From Bugula neritina (taxonomy: Eukaryota > Animalia > Bryozoa), in the NCBI GenBank assembly GCA_964035545.1, contig OZ037767.1, positions 17,948,259 through 18,012,258 on the forward strand: a stretch of 64,000 bases of DNA, given 5' to 3'. Position 1 is the stretch's first letter; each line of letters opens with the position of its first letter. The notes below the pieces were generated by a model. It was given only the letters and a program-made list of their open reading frames with translations, did not search any database and was not told where the DNA came from. The position numbers and the translations under genes were made by a program. Shown here piece after piece: positions 49,860 through 63,504 of this stretch.

Positions 49860-52145
49860 TAACATACTGAAATACACTGCAACAAACTGCAACATACTGA
49901 AGTACACTGTAAAATTATGAAATACACTGCAACATTCTGCAACATACTTCAACATACTGAAATGCACTGTAACATAATTAAATACACTGCAACATACTGC
50001 AACATATTGAAGTACACTGTAAAATATTGAAATACACTGCAACACATTGGAATATACTGCAACACACTGAAATATACTGCAACATACTGAAATATACTGC
50101 AACATACTGCAACATACTGAAATACACTGTAACAAACTGAAATACACTGCAACACATTGGAATAATCTGCAACATACCCAAATACATGGTAATATACTGA
50201 AATATACTGCAACATACCACAACATACTGAAAAAAACTGTAACAAACTGAAATACGCTGCAACACATTGGAATATGTTACAACATACCCAAATAAATGGT
50301 AATATACTGAAATATACTGAAATACACTGTAACACATTGAAAAATACTGCAACATACTGAAGTACAGTGTAATATATGGAAATATACTGCAACATACTGA
50401 AATACACTGTAACATACAGAAATACACTGCAACATACTGAAATACCCTGCTACATACTGAAATATACTGCAGGATACTGCAACATACTGAAATACGGTGT
50501 AACCTACTGAAATACACTGCAACATACTGCATTATACTGACGTACACTGGAACATATTGAAATACACTGCAACAAATTGAAGTATACTGCAACACACTGA
50601 AACATACGGCAACATACTCAAATATACTGCAACATACTGAAATACACTGCAACATACTGCATTATACTGACATACACTGAAACATATTGAAAAACACTGC
50701 AACACATTGAAAAATACTGCAATACACCGAAACATACGGCAACATACTGAAATATGCTCTAGCATACTTAAATACACTGCAACACACTGAAGTATACTGT
50801 AATATAGAGAAATGTACTGTAACAAACTTAAACATCTGTCAACATACTGAAATACACTGCCACATACTGAAATATACAGCAACATACTGCAACATTCTTA
50901 CATACGCTGTAACATACTGAAATACACTGCAACATACTACAACACATTGAAATATACTGCAACACATTGGAATATACTGCAACATACTGAACTATACTGC
51001 AAGATACTGCAATATACTGAAATACACTGTAACATACTGAAATACACAGCAACTTACTGCATTATATTGACATACACTGAAACATATTGAAATACACTGC
51101 AACAAATTGAAGTATACTGCAACACACTGAAATATACGGCAACATACTGAAATATACTGTAACACATTGAAAAACCCTGCAACATTCTGCAACATACTGA
51201 AATACACTGTAACATACTGAAATACACTGCAACATACTACAACATACTGAAATACACTGTAACATATTGAAATACACTGCAACACATTGAAATATACTGG
51301 AACACACTGAGACATACGGCAACATACTGAAATATACTGTAACACATTGAAAAACCCTGCAACATTCTGCAACATACTGAAATACACTGTAACATACTGA
51401 AATACACTGCAACATACTACAACATACTGAATAACACTGCAACATACTGCATTATACTGACATACACTGGAACATATTGAAATACACTGCAACAAATTGA
51501 AGTATACTGCAACACACTGAAACATACGGCAACATACTCAAATATACTGCAACATACTGAAATACACTGCAACATACTGCATTATACTGACATACACTGA
51601 AACATATTGAAATACACTGCAACAAATTGAAGTATACTGCAACACACTGAAACATACAGCAACATGCTGAAATATACTGTAACACATTGAAAAACACTGC
51701 AAAATACTGAAAAATGCTGTTGCGCACTAAAATACAGTGTAACATATTGAAATGCACTGCAACACATTGAAATATACTGCAACACATTGAAATATACTGC
51801 AACACACTGCAACTTACTGAAATACACTGTAACATACTGAAATACACTGCAAAATACTACAACATACTGAAATACACTGTAACATATCGAAATACACTGC
51901 AACACATTGAAATATACTGCAACATACCAAAATATATGGTAAACAACTGAAATACACTGTAACACATAGAAAAACACTGCAATATACTGAAATATACTGT
52001 AACACACTGAAATACACTGCAACATACTCAAATATACTGCAACACATTGAAATATACTGCAACATACTGAAATATAATGCACGATACTGCAACATACTGA
52101 AATACACTGTGACATACTGAGATACACTGCAACATACTGCAACAT

Positions 52146-55100
52146 ACTGCAACACACGGAAGTTTGCTGTAACATATTGAAATGCACCGCAACATACTGA
52201 AATACACTGCAACTTATTGAAATATACTGCACAATACCGAAATATATGGTAAACTACTGAAATATACTGTAACACATAGAAAAATACTGCAATATACTGA
52301 AATATACTGTAACACACTGAAATATACTGCAACATACTGAAATACACTGTAACATACTGAAACATACTGCAACATACTGAAATACACTGCAACATACTAC
52401 AACATATTGAAATACACTGCAACACACTGAAATATACTGCAACATACCTAAAAATACGATAATATACTGAAATATACTGTAAAACATTGAAAAATACTGC
52501 AACATACTGGAGTATACTGCGAGATACCGCAACATACTGAATTGCACTTTAACATACTGAAATACACTGCAACATACTGACTTATACTGACATACACTGG
52601 AACATATTGCAATACACTGCAACAAATTGAAGTATACTGCAACACACTGAAGTATACTGTAATATACAGAAATGTACTGTAACAAACTGAAATACACTGC
52701 AACACACTGAAGTATACTGTAATTTACAGAAATGTACTGTAACAAACTGAAAGATACGTATACATACTGAAATACACTGCCACATACTGAAATACACTGC
52801 TACATACTGAAATTTACTGCAACATACTGCAACATACTGAAATACACTGCAACATACTACAACATATTGAAATAGACTGCAACACATTGAAATATACTGC
52901 AACATACTTAAATATACGATAATATACTGAAATATACTGTAAAACATTGAAAAATACTGCAACATACTGGAGTATACTGCAAGATACCGCAACATACTGA
53001 AATACACTTTAACATACTGAAATACACTTCAACATACTGACTTATACTGACAAACACTGGAACATATTGAGATACACTGCAACATACTGCAACATACTGC
53101 AACATGCTGGATTACGGTGTAACATATTGAAATACACTGCAATACATTGGAATATACTGCAACACACTGAAACATACTGCAACATACTGAAATATACCGC
53201 AACATATCGAAGTATATCGTAATATACGGACATGTACTGTAACATACTGAAACATACTGAAACATACTATAATATACTGGAACATACCGAAACATACTGC
53301 AACATAATGAAATATACTGTACCACGAAATGTACTGTAACATATTGGAATATACTGTAACACACTGAAATATACTGCAACATATTGAAATACACTGTAAC
53401 ATAATGAAACATACTGCAACATAGTGAAATACACTGCAACATACTACAACATATTGAAATACACTGCAACACATTGAAATATACTGCAACATACCTAAAT
53501 ATACGGTAATATACTGAAATATACTGTAACACATTGAAAAATACTGCAACATACTGGAATATACTGCAAGATACTGCAACACACTGAAATACACTTTAAC
53601 ATACTGAAACACACTTCAACATACTGACTTATACTGACATACACTGGAACATATTGAGATACACTGCAACAAATTGAAGTATACTGCAACACACTGAAAC
53701 ATACGGCAAAATGCTGAAATATACTGCGACACATTGAAATATACTGCAACATACTGCAATATACTGGAATATAATGCAAGATACTGCAACATACTGAAAT
53801 ACACTGTGACATACTGAGATACACTGCAACATACTGCAACATACTGCAACATACTGAAATACACTGTAACATATTGAAATACACTGCAATACATTGAAAT
53901 ATACTGCAACACACTGAAACATACTGCAACATACTGAAATTTACCGCAACATATCGAAGTATATCGTAATATACGGACATGTACTGTAACATACTGAAAC
54001 ATACTGAAACATACTAAAATATACTGGAACATACCGAAACATACTGCAACATAATGAAATATACTGTACCACGAAATGTACTGTAACATATTGGAATATA
54101 CTGTAACACACTGAAATATACTGCAACATATTGAAATACACTGTAACATAATGAAAAATACTGCAACATACTGCAACATACTGCAACATACTGAAATACA
54201 CTGTAACATACTGAAATACACTGCAACATACTACAACATAGTGAAATACACTGCAACATACTGAAATATACTGTGACACACTGAAAGAGACTGCAACATA
54301 CTGAAATACACTGTAACATGCTGAAATACACTGCAACATACTGAAATACCCTGCTACATACTGAATTATACTGCAAGATACTACATCATATTGAATTACA
54401 CTGCAACACATTGAAATATACTGCAACATACCTAAATATATGGTAATATACTGAAATATACTGTAACATACTGAAATATACTGCAAGACACTGCAACATA
54501 CTGAAATGCACTTTAACATACTGAAATACACTGCAACATACTGACTTATACCAACATACACTGGAACATATTGAAATACACTGCAACAAATTGAAGTATG
54601 CTGCAACACACTGAAACATACGGCAACATGCTGAAATATACAGCGACACATTGAAATATACTGCAACATACTGCAATATACTGAAATATAATGCAAGATA
54701 CTGCAACATACTGAAATACACTGTGACATACTCAGATACACTGCAACATACTGCAACATACTGAAATACACTGTAACTTATTGAAATACACTGCAACACA
54801 TTGAAATATACTGCAACACACCGAAACATACGGCAACATACTGAAATATGATGTAGCATACTGAAATACACTGCAACACACTGAAGTATACTGTAATATA
54901 CACAAATGTACTGTAACAAACTGAAACATACGTCAACATACTGAAATGTACTGCACCATACTGAAATACACTGTAATATACTGAATTACACTGCAACATA
55001 CTGCAACATACTGAAATACGCTGTAACATATTGAAATACACTGCAACACATTGAAATATACTGTAACTCACTGAAATATCGTGTAGTCAACGGAAATGTA

Positions 55101-58100
55101 GTGTAACATACTGAAACATACTGAAACATACTAAAATATACTGGCGCATACCGAAACGTACTGCAACATACTGAAATATACTGCGAGATACTGCAACATA
55201 CTGAAATACACTGTAACATACTGAAATACACTGCAACATACTGCAACATACTGCAACATACTGAATTACAGTGTAACATATTGACATACACAGCAATACA
55301 TTGAAATATACTGCAACACACTGAAACATACTGCAGCATACTGAAATATACTGCAACATATCGAAGTGTATCGTAATATACGGACATGTACTGTAACATA
55401 CTGAAACATAACGAAACATACTAAATTATACTGGAACACACCGGAACATACTGCAACATAATGAAATATACTGTACCACACTGAAATATACGGCAAAATA
55501 CTGAAATATACTTGAACATACTGAAATATACTGCAACATACTGCAACACATGGAAGTTTGCTGTAACATGTTAAAATGCACGGAAACATACTGAAATACA
55601 CTGCAACAAACCAAAATATATGGGAATATACTGAAATATACTGTACTACGTTGAAAAACCCTGCAACATTCTGCAACATACTGAAATACACTGTAACATA
55701 CTGAAATACACTGCAACATACTACAACATACTGAAATACACTGTAACATACTGAAATACACTGCAACACATTGAAATATACTGCAACACACTGAAACATA
55801 CGGCAACATGCAGAAATATACTGCGACACATTGCAATATACTGCAAGATACTGCAACATACTGAAATACAGTGTAACATACTGAAATACACTGCAACATA
55901 CTGCATTATACTGACATACACTGGAACATATTGAAATACACTGCAACAATTTGAAGTATACTGCAACACACTGAAACATACGGCAACATACTCAAATATA
56001 CTGCAACATACTGAAGTACACTGCAACATACTGCATTATACTGACATACACTGAAACATATTGAAAAACACTGCAACAAATTGAAGTATACTGCAACACA
56101 CTGAAACATACAGCAACATGCTGAAATATACTGTAACACATTGAAAAACACTGCAAAATACTGAAAAATGCTGTAGCGCACTAAAATACACTGCAACTTA
56201 CTGAAATACACTGTAACATACTGAAATACACTGCAAAATACTACGACATACTGAAAAACAGTGTAACATAATTAAATACACTGCAACACATTGAAATATA
56301 CTGCAACATACCGACAAATATGGTAAACTACTGAAATATACTGTAACACATAGAAAAACACTGCAATATACTGAAATATACTGTAACACACTGAAATACT
56401 TTGCAACATACTCAAATATACTGCAACACATTGAAATATACTGCAACATACTGAAATATAATGCACGATACTGCGACATACTGAAATGCACTGTGACATA
56501 CTGAGATACACTGCAACATACTGCAACATACTGCAACACACGGAAGTTTGCTGTAACATATTGAAATGCACCGCAACACACTAAAATACACTGCAACTAT
56601 TTGAAATATACTGCAACATACCGAAATATATGGTAAACTACTGAAATATACTGTAACACATTGAAAAATACTGCAATATACTGAAATATACTGTAACACA
56701 CTGAAATATACTGCAACATACTGAAATACACTGTAACATACTGAAACATACTGCAACATACTGAAATACACTGCAACATACTACAACATATTGAAATACA
56801 CTGCAACACACTGAAATATACTGCAACATACCTAAAAATACGATAATATACTGAAATATACTGTAAAACATTGAAAAATACTGCAACATATTGGAGTATA
56901 CTGCAAGATACCGCAACATACTGAATTGCACTTTAAGATACCGAAATACACTGCAACATACTGACTTATACTGACTTACACTGGAACATATTGAAATACA
57001 CTGCAACAAATTGAAGTATACTGCAACACACTGAAGTATACTGTAATATACAGAAATGTACTGTAACAAACTGAAACATAGGTATACATACTGAAATACA
57101 CTGCCACATACTGAAATACACTGCTACATACTGAAATTTACTGCAACATACTGCAACATACTGAAATACACTGCAACATGCTACAACATATTGAAATAGA
57201 CTGCAACACATTGAAATATACTGCAACATACTTAAATATACGATAATATACTGAAATATACTGTAAAACATTGAAAAATACTGCAACATACTGGAGTATA
57301 CTGCAAGATACCGCAACATACTGGAATACACTTTAACATACTGAAATACACTTCAACATACTGACTTATACTGACAAACACTGGAACATATTGAGATACA
57401 CTGCAACATACTGCAACATACTGCAACATACTGAATTACGGTGTAACATATTGAAATACACTGCAATACATTGGAATATACTGCAACACACTGAAACATA
57501 CTGCAACATACTGAAATATACCGCAACATATCGAAGTATATCGTAATATACGGACATGTCCTGCAACATACTGAAACATACTGAAACATACTAAAATATA
57601 CTGGAACATACCGAAACAAACTGCAACATACTGCAATATACTGGAATATAATGCAAGATACTACAACATAGTGAAATACACTGCAACATACTGAAATATA
57701 CTGTGACACACTGAAAGAGACTGCAACATACTGAAATACACTGTAACATACTGAAATAGACTGCAACATACTGAAATACCATGCTACATACTGAAATATA
57801 CTGCAAGATACTACAACATATTGAAATACACTGCAACACATTGAAACATACTGCAACATACCTAAATATATGGTAATATACTGAAATATACTGTAACATA
57901 CTGAAATATACTGAAATATAATGCAAGATACTGCAACATACTGAAATACACTGCAACACACTGAAGTATACTGTAATATACACAAATGTACTGTAACAAA
58001 CTGAAACATAGGTCAACATACTGAAATGTACTGCACCATACGGAAATACACTGTAATATACTGAATTACACTGCAACATACTGCAACATACTGAATTACG

Positions 58101-61100
58101 CTGTAACATATTGAAATACACTGCAACACATTGAAATATACTGTAACTCATTGAAATATAGTGTAATCAACGAAAATGTACTGTAACATACTGAAACATA
58201 CTGAAACATACTAAAATATACTGGAGCATATCGAAACGTACTGCAACATACTGAAATATACTGCGAGATACTGCAACATACTGAATTACAATGTAACATA
58301 CTGAAATACACTGCAACATACTGCAACATACTGCAACATACTGAATTACAGTGTAACATATTGAAATACACTGCAATACATTGAAATACACTGCAACACA
58401 CTGAAACATACTGCAGCATACTGAAATATACTGCAACATATCGAAGTGTATCGTAATATACGCACATGTACTGTAACATACTGAAACATAACGTAACATA
58501 CTAAAATATACTGGAACATAGCGGAACATACTGCAACATAATGAAATATACTGTACCACACTGAAATATACGGCAAAATACTGAAATATACTTCAACATA
58601 CTGAAATATACTGCAACATACTGCAACACACGGAAGTTTGCTGTAACATGTTAAAATGCGCCGCAACATGCTGAAATACACTGCAACAAACCTAGATATA
58701 TGGGAATATACTGAAATATACTGTACTACGTTGAAAAACACTGCAACATATTGAAATATGCTGTAGCACAATGAAATACACTGCAACTCACTGAAATATA
58801 GTGTAATATGCCGAAATGTACTGTAACATACTGGAATATACTGTAACACACTGAAATATACTGCAACATACTGAAATACACTGTAACGTTTTAAAATATA
58901 CTGCAACATACTGAAACACACTGCAAAATACTACAACATACTGAAATACACTGCAACATACTGAAATATACTGTGACACACTGAAATATACTGCAACATA
59001 CTGAAATACACTGTAACATACTGAAATACACTGCAACATACTGAAATACACTGCTACATACTGAAATATACTGCAAGATACTGCAACATACTGAAATACA
59101 GTGTAACATACTGAAATACACTGCAACATGCTGCATTATACTGACATACACTGGAACATATTGAAATACATTGCAACACATTGAAATATACTGCAACACA
59201 CCGAAACATACAGCAACATATTGAAATATGCTGTAGCATACTGAAATACACTGCAACACACTGAAGTATACTGTAATATACAGAAATGTACTGTAACAAA
59301 CTGAAACATACGTCAACATACTGAAATACACTGCCACATACTGAAATATACTGCAAAATACTGAAATGTACTGCAACACACTACAACTTACTGAAATACA
59401 CTGTAACATACTGAAATACACTGCAAAATACTACAATATACTGAAATACACTGTAACATATTGAAATACACTGCAACACATTGAAATATACTGCAACATA
59501 CCGAAATATATGGTAAACTACTGAGATATACTGTAACACACAGAAAAATACTGCAATATACTGAAATATACTGTAACACACTGAAATATACTGCAACATA
59601 CTGAAATACACTGAAACATACTGAAACACACTGCAACATACTGCAACATACTACAACATACTGCAACATACTGCAACATACTGAATTACAGTGTAACATA
59701 TTGAAATACACTGCAACAAATTGAAGTATACTGCAACACACTGAAGTAGACTGTAATATAAAGAAATGTACTGTAACAAACTGAAACATACGTATACATA
59801 CTGAAATACACTGCCACATACTGAAATACACTGCTACATACTGAAATTTACTGCAACATACTGCAACATACTGAAATACACTGCAACATGCTACAACATA
59901 TTGAAATAGACTGCAACACATTGAAATATACTGCAACATACTTAAATATACGATAATATACTGAAATATACTGTAAAACATTGAAAAATACTGCAACATA
60001 CTGGAGTATACTGCAAGACACCGCAACATACTGAAATACACTTTAACATACTGAAATACACTTCAACATACTGACTTATACTGACAAACACTGGAACATA
60101 TTGAGATACACTGCAACATACAGCAACATACTGCAACATACTGAATTACGTTGTAACATATTGAAATACACTGCAATACATTGGAATATACTGCAACACA
60201 CTGAAACATACTGCAACATACTGAAATATACCGCAACATATCGAAGTATATCGTAATATACGGACATGTCCTGCAACATACTGAAACATACTGAAACATA
60301 CTAAAATATACTGGAACATACCGAAACAAACTGCAACATAATGAAATATACTGTACCACACTGAAATATGCAGCAAAACACTGAAATTTACTTTAACATA
60401 CTGAAATATACCGCAACATATCGAAGTATATCGTAATATACGGACATGTACTGTAACATACTGAAACATACTGAAACATACTGAAACATACTAAAATATA
60501 CTGGAACATACCGAAACATACTGCAACATAATCAAATATACTGTACCACACTGAAATGTACGGCAAAATACTGAAATACACTGTAAAATACTGAAACATA
60601 CTGCAACATAGTGAAATACACTGCAACATACTACAACATATTGAAATACACTGCAACACATTGAAATATACTGCAACATACCTAAATATACGGTAATATA
60701 CTGAAATATACTGTAACACATTGAAAAATACTGCAACATACTGGAATATACTGCAAGATACTGCAACACACTGAAATACACTTTAACATACTGAAATACA
60801 CTTCAACATACTGACTTATACTGACATACACAGGAACATATTGAGATACACTGCAACAAATTGAAGTATACTGCAACACACTGAAACATACGGCAAAATG
60901 CTGAAATATACTGCGACACATTGAAATATACTGCAACATACTGCAATATACTGGAATAAAATGCAAGATACTGCAACATACTGAAATACACTGTGACATA
61001 CTGAGATACACTGCAACATACTGCAACATACTGCAACATACTGAAATACACTGTAACATAGTGAAATACACTGCAATACATTGAAATATACTGCAACACA

Positions 61101-62500
61101 CTGAAACATACTGCAACATACTGAAATTTGTCGCAACATATCGAAGTATATCGTAATATACGGACATGTACTGTAACATACTGAAACATACTGAAACATA
61201 CTAAAACATACTGGAACATACCGAAACATACTGCAACATAATGAAATATACTGTACCACGATATGTACTGTAACATATTGGAATATACTGTAACACACTG
61301 AAATATACTGCAACATATTGAAATACACTGTACCATAATGAAATATACTGCAACATACTGCAACATACTGCAACATACTGCAACATACTGAAATACACTG
61401 TAACATACTGGAATACACTGCAACATACTACAACATAGTGAAATACACTGCAACATACTGAAATATACTGTGACACACTGAAAGAGACTGCAAAATACTG
61501 AAATACACTGTAACATACTGAAATAGACTGCAACATACTGAAATACCCTGCTACATACTGAAATATACTGCAAGATACTACAACATATTGAAATACACTG
61601 CAACACATTGAAACATACTGCAACATACCTAAATATATGGTAATATACTGAAATATACTGTAACATACTGAAATATACTGAAATATAATGCAAGATACTG
61701 CAACATACTGAAATACACTGCAACACACTGAAGTATACTGTAATATACACAAATGTACTGTAACAAACTGAAACATAGGTCAACATACTGAAATGTACTG
61801 CACCATACTGAAATACACTGTAATATACTGAATTACACTGCAACATACTGCAACACACTGAAATACGCTGTAACATATTGAAATACACTGCAACACATTG
61901 AAATATACTGTAACTCATTGAAATATAGTGTAATCAACGGAAATGTACTGTAACATACTGAAACATACTGAAACATACTAAAATATACTGGAGCATATCG
62001 AAACGTACTGCAACATACTGAAATATACTGCGAGATACTGCAACATACTGAATTACAATGTAACATACTGAAATACACTGCAACAAACCTAAATATATGG
62101 GAATATACTGAAATATACTGTACTACGTTGAAAAACACTGCAACATATTGAAATATGCTGTAGCACAATGAAATACACTGCAACTCACTGAAATATAGTG
62201 TAATATGCCGAAATGTACTGCAACATACTGAAATACACTGTAACATTTTAAAATATACTGCAACATACTGAAACACACTGCAAAATACTACAACATACTG
62301 AAATACACTGCAACATACTGAAATATACTGTGACACACTGAAATATACTGCAACATACTGAAATACCTTGTAACATGCTGAAATACACTGCAACATACTG
62401 AAATACACTGCTACATACTGAAATATACTGCAAGATACTGCAACATACTGAAATACAGTGTAACATACTGAAATACACTGCAACATACTGCATTATACTG
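52146..62500. repeat. Long-range paralog (unexpanded form) of the 1-24.9 kb region
   Basis: Offsets are 49,325 (2929/52254, 5941/55266; rare variant ACTGCACAAT at 2901 and 52226), 46,877 (9761/56638), ~56,849 (2042/58891) and 37,622 (21759/59381, 24211/61833). Confidence 0.9.
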
Positions 62501-63504
62501 ACATACACTGGAACATATTGAAATACACTGCAACAAATTGAAGTATACTGCAACACACTGAAACATACGGCAACATACTCAAATATACTGCAACACATTG
62601 AAATATACTGCAACATACTGAAATATAATGCAAGATACTGCAACATACTGAAATACACTGTGCCAAACTGAGATACACTGCAACATACCGCAACATACTG
62701 CAACATACTGAAATACACTGTAACATATTGAGATACACTGCAACACATTGAAATATACTGCAACACACCGAAACATACGGCAACATAATGAAATATGCTG
62801 TAGCATACTGAAATACACTGCAACACACTGAAGTATACTGCAACATACTGAAATATACTGCAACACACTGCAACTTACTGAAATACACTGTAACATACTG
62901 AAATATACTGCAGAATACTACAACATACTGAAATACACTGTAACATGTTGAAATACACTGCAACATGTTGAAATACACAGCAACACATTGAAATATACTG
63001 CAACATACCGAAATATATGGTAAACTACTGAAATATGCTGTGACTCACAGAAAAATACTGCAATATACTGAAATATACTGTAACACACTGAAATATACTG
63101 CGACATACTGAAAAACACTGTAACATACTGAAACATACTGTAACATACTGAAATACACTGCAACATACTACAACATATTGAAATACACTGCAACACATTG
63201 AAATATACTGCAACATACCTAAATATATGGTAATATACTGAAATATACTGTAACATACTGAAATATACTGCAAGATACTGCAACATACTGAAATGCACTT
63301 TAACATACTGAAATACACTGCAACATACTGCATTATACTGACATACACTGGAACATATTGAAATACACTGCAACAAATTGAAGTATACTGCAACACACTG
63401 AAACATACGGCAAAATACTCAAATATACTGCAACACATTGAAATATACTGCAACATACTGAAATATAATGCAAGATACTGCAACATACTGAAATACACTG
63501 TGCC

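Larger units (their letters stand above)
1..63504. repeat. Complex 10-bp-monomer tandem satellite array (20-bp A/B dimer ACTGCAACAT-ACTGAAATAC), open at the left window edge
   Basis: Directly visible. Nearly every 10-mer is a variant of ACTG(C/T)AACA(T/C) or A(C/T)TGAAATA(C/T), in the same orientation throughout, with no foreign insert seen. The last satellite-like unit is ACTGTGCC at 63497-63504. Confidence 0.99.

Noticed and set aside
4477-63502. Multiple CACTGTG (reverse RSS heptamer) sites inside the array
   Set aside because: They arise from the monomer variant ACTGTGACAT following a C. I saw no ACAAAAACC-like nonamer at 12/23 spacing and no gene segments.
1-63504. CRISPR-like reading (conserved repeats with variable spacers)
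   Set aside because: There are no unique spacers, since the variable parts are point variants of the same 10-mer. No cas genes or leader are present.
1-63504. Identity with known short satellites (Drosophila AATAACATAG decamer, Parascaris eliminated penta- and decamers) or canonical telomere repeats
   Set aside because: The monomer sequences do not match beyond 4-5 bases and there are no G-runs. No family name or role in programmed DNA elimination can be assigned without a database search.
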